Part shown: positions 62,870 to 64,000 of the stretch, piece by piece
Layout: the number at the start of each line of letters is the position of its first letter
Position numbering within the stretch: the stretch's first letter is position 1
Source: Candidatus Saccharimonadota bacterium
GTDB taxonomy: Bacteria > Patescibacteriota > Saccharimonadia > Saccharimonadales > Saccharimonadaceae
NCBI GenBank assembly: GCA_028289015.1
Contig: JAQGHC010000015.1
Location: 9,210-73,209 of the forward strand
Reading direction: 5' to 3'
Length of the DNA: 64,000 nt
The notes under the pieces: generated by a model
What the model saw: the letters and a program-made list of their open reading frames with translations, nothing else
Databases searched by the model: none
What the model was told of the DNA's origin: nothing
Position numbers and translations under genes: made by a program

Positions 62870-64000
62870 TTATTCACCAAAGATGCGCTGCAATAGTGTC
62901 GGAGAGTTGCCTGGAATAGCGAATGAGCCGTTCGTTGAACCGCTTTCAGGTGCAGCGGTTGCTGCCGATGGACTAGGGCTGACTTGCTCTGCTGTTACAA
63001 GTAGACGTTCAAGTGAGGTGCCTAGCGGCGTACAGGTGATAAGCGTCAATACTGGTTTGTCGGTCGGGTAAATTAATTTATTGACTTCAGTTGGCTTCAC
63101 TATTTCTATCTTTGTTACGACATAGGTATAGCGAATGCCGTTATAATTGGCGTAAACTGTGTCGCCTTTCGCAAGACGCTCTAATTGTGCAAAGATGAAT
63201 TTATAGGCGCCCGGGTCGATAATGTCATTGCTGGAATGTCCGGAAAGAACGGTGTTCCCTATTTGACCCGGTTTGCTATTAGCGCCGGGAATACCAAACC
63301 ATGCGACGCCGCCTTCCATCGCTTTCATCTGCGCGTCGTAGTCGGGCGTGACTTCGTACTCGACTGGAACGTCGACATTAATCTTTGGGATAATCAATTT
63401 TGGTTCAGGACTGACCGCAACGTTAGTTAGCGGATCGACGATGATATTGGCGGGATCAATACTGCCGGGGCTGATGTATGCCTCGACATTCGCAAACAAT
63501 ACTCGGTTGTATTGCAAGAAAAGAAATAGCACAACAACACAGGCTGCCGCTGCGACCGGAACGAAATGCTGACTTTTTCTGACTTTTTTAGCAGAGTCAT
63601 TCACCTTTCCTAACAATTTATTACGCAGGTCGTACAGCGCTTCCTCTCGGTTGAAAGTGTCTTTCGGCGCTTCTTGTGCGGGCGCGGCGTTTGCTGGTAG
63701 TTCGTTTTTGCTTATCTGAGCTGCACGCGCCTCCATTTCTTGATGTGCACGGTATACTTGACCGACGTAGTATCGCTCATAGTATTTTTGGTAATAATCT
63801 TGCCAGGCGCTATGGTACTGTTTCCATTGATCGGCATTTACTTCTGCGGGGTTGGATTGAATGCGTTCGTAGGGGTTAGTTGTGTGTAATTCTTGCTGCT
63901 TGATGGCTTGATTTTGTGCGACGGGCGTCGTTTGCGGAGTGGGTGTCGAGGTGTTACCGCCGTAAATGGAGTCAAGCTGATCGCGAACAATATTCGCAGC
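62870..64000 (-). CDS. sortase with long N-terminal region, 5' end beyond the window
   Basis: Catalytic motifs are LSGH, TLITCTP and an Arg in ERLLV, and there is one TM. The frame stays open upstream of the listed ATG (63736) to base 64000 (...QWKQYHSAWQDYYQKYYERYYVGQVYRAHQEMEARAA...). Confidence 0.8.
   Translation of the reverse strand, partial: AANIVRDQLDSIYGGNTSTPTPQTTPVAQNQAIKQQELHTTNPYERIQSNPAEVNADQWKQYHSAWQDYYQKYYERYYVGQVYRAHQEMEARAAQISKNELPANAAPAQEAPKDTFNREEALYDLRNKLLGKVNDSAKKVRKSQHFVPVAAAACVVVLFLFLQYNRVLFANVEAYISPGSIDPANIIVDPLTNVAVSPEPKLIIPKINVDVPVEYEVTPDYDAQMKAMEGGVAWFGIPGANSKPGQIGNTVLSGHSSNDIIDPGAYKFIFAQLERLAKGDTVYANYNGIRYTYVVTKIEIVKPTEVNKLIYPTDKPVLTLITCTPLGTSLERLLVTAEQVSPSPSAATAAPESGSTNGSFAIPGNSPTLLQRIFGE

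Noticed and set aside
1-64000. Looked for CRISPR arrays, rRNA genes, IS elements, transposases, integrases and reverse transcriptases
   Set aside because: No regularly spaced direct repeats, no rRNA-like conserved blocks, and none of these enzyme families were recognisable in any listed ORF.

Overview
This window is a gene-dense stretch of bacterial chromosome using the standard genetic code. About 60 protein genes are supported, with many small ORFans and AT-rich spacers. The content suggests a reduced Gram-positive-type Patescibacteria/CPR genome (Saccharibacteria-like), which is inference only. That content includes three type IV pilin-like genes plus two decayed pilin remnants, and a sortase with an LPETG surface protein. 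It also includes a compact MetK, a sigma-region-4/HARE-HTH protein and a VirD4/TraD-like membrane ATPase.

Recognisable housekeeping genes:
- a reduced dcw cluster (mraZ, rsmH, ftsL-like, ftsI, mraY, ftsW, murG, ftsQ-like)
- topA, dprA, pth, der, gltX and one tRNA-Glu(CUC)
- two two-component systems

One SAM-I riboswitch precedes metK. I saw no rRNA, CRISPR array, transposase or integrase.

The most unusual region is 6.3-12.1 kb. It holds a run of small acidic paralogous ORFans interrupted by riboswitch-metK and ends in a KwaB/DUF4868-like gene with no KwaA-type membrane partner.

Other points of interest:
- many apparently leaderless genes, with a -10 box 7-12 nt before the ATG
- GTGGG (MraZ-box-like) repeats and a DnaA-box palindrome upstream of mraZ
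- an ~820-bp AT-rich ORF-free block where ftsA/ftsZ would be expected
- an unassigned structured element at 36.05 kb
- Pro/Gln-rich tails on a histidine kinase/response regulator pair

All family calls rest on motifs read by eye from the translations. No database search was run.
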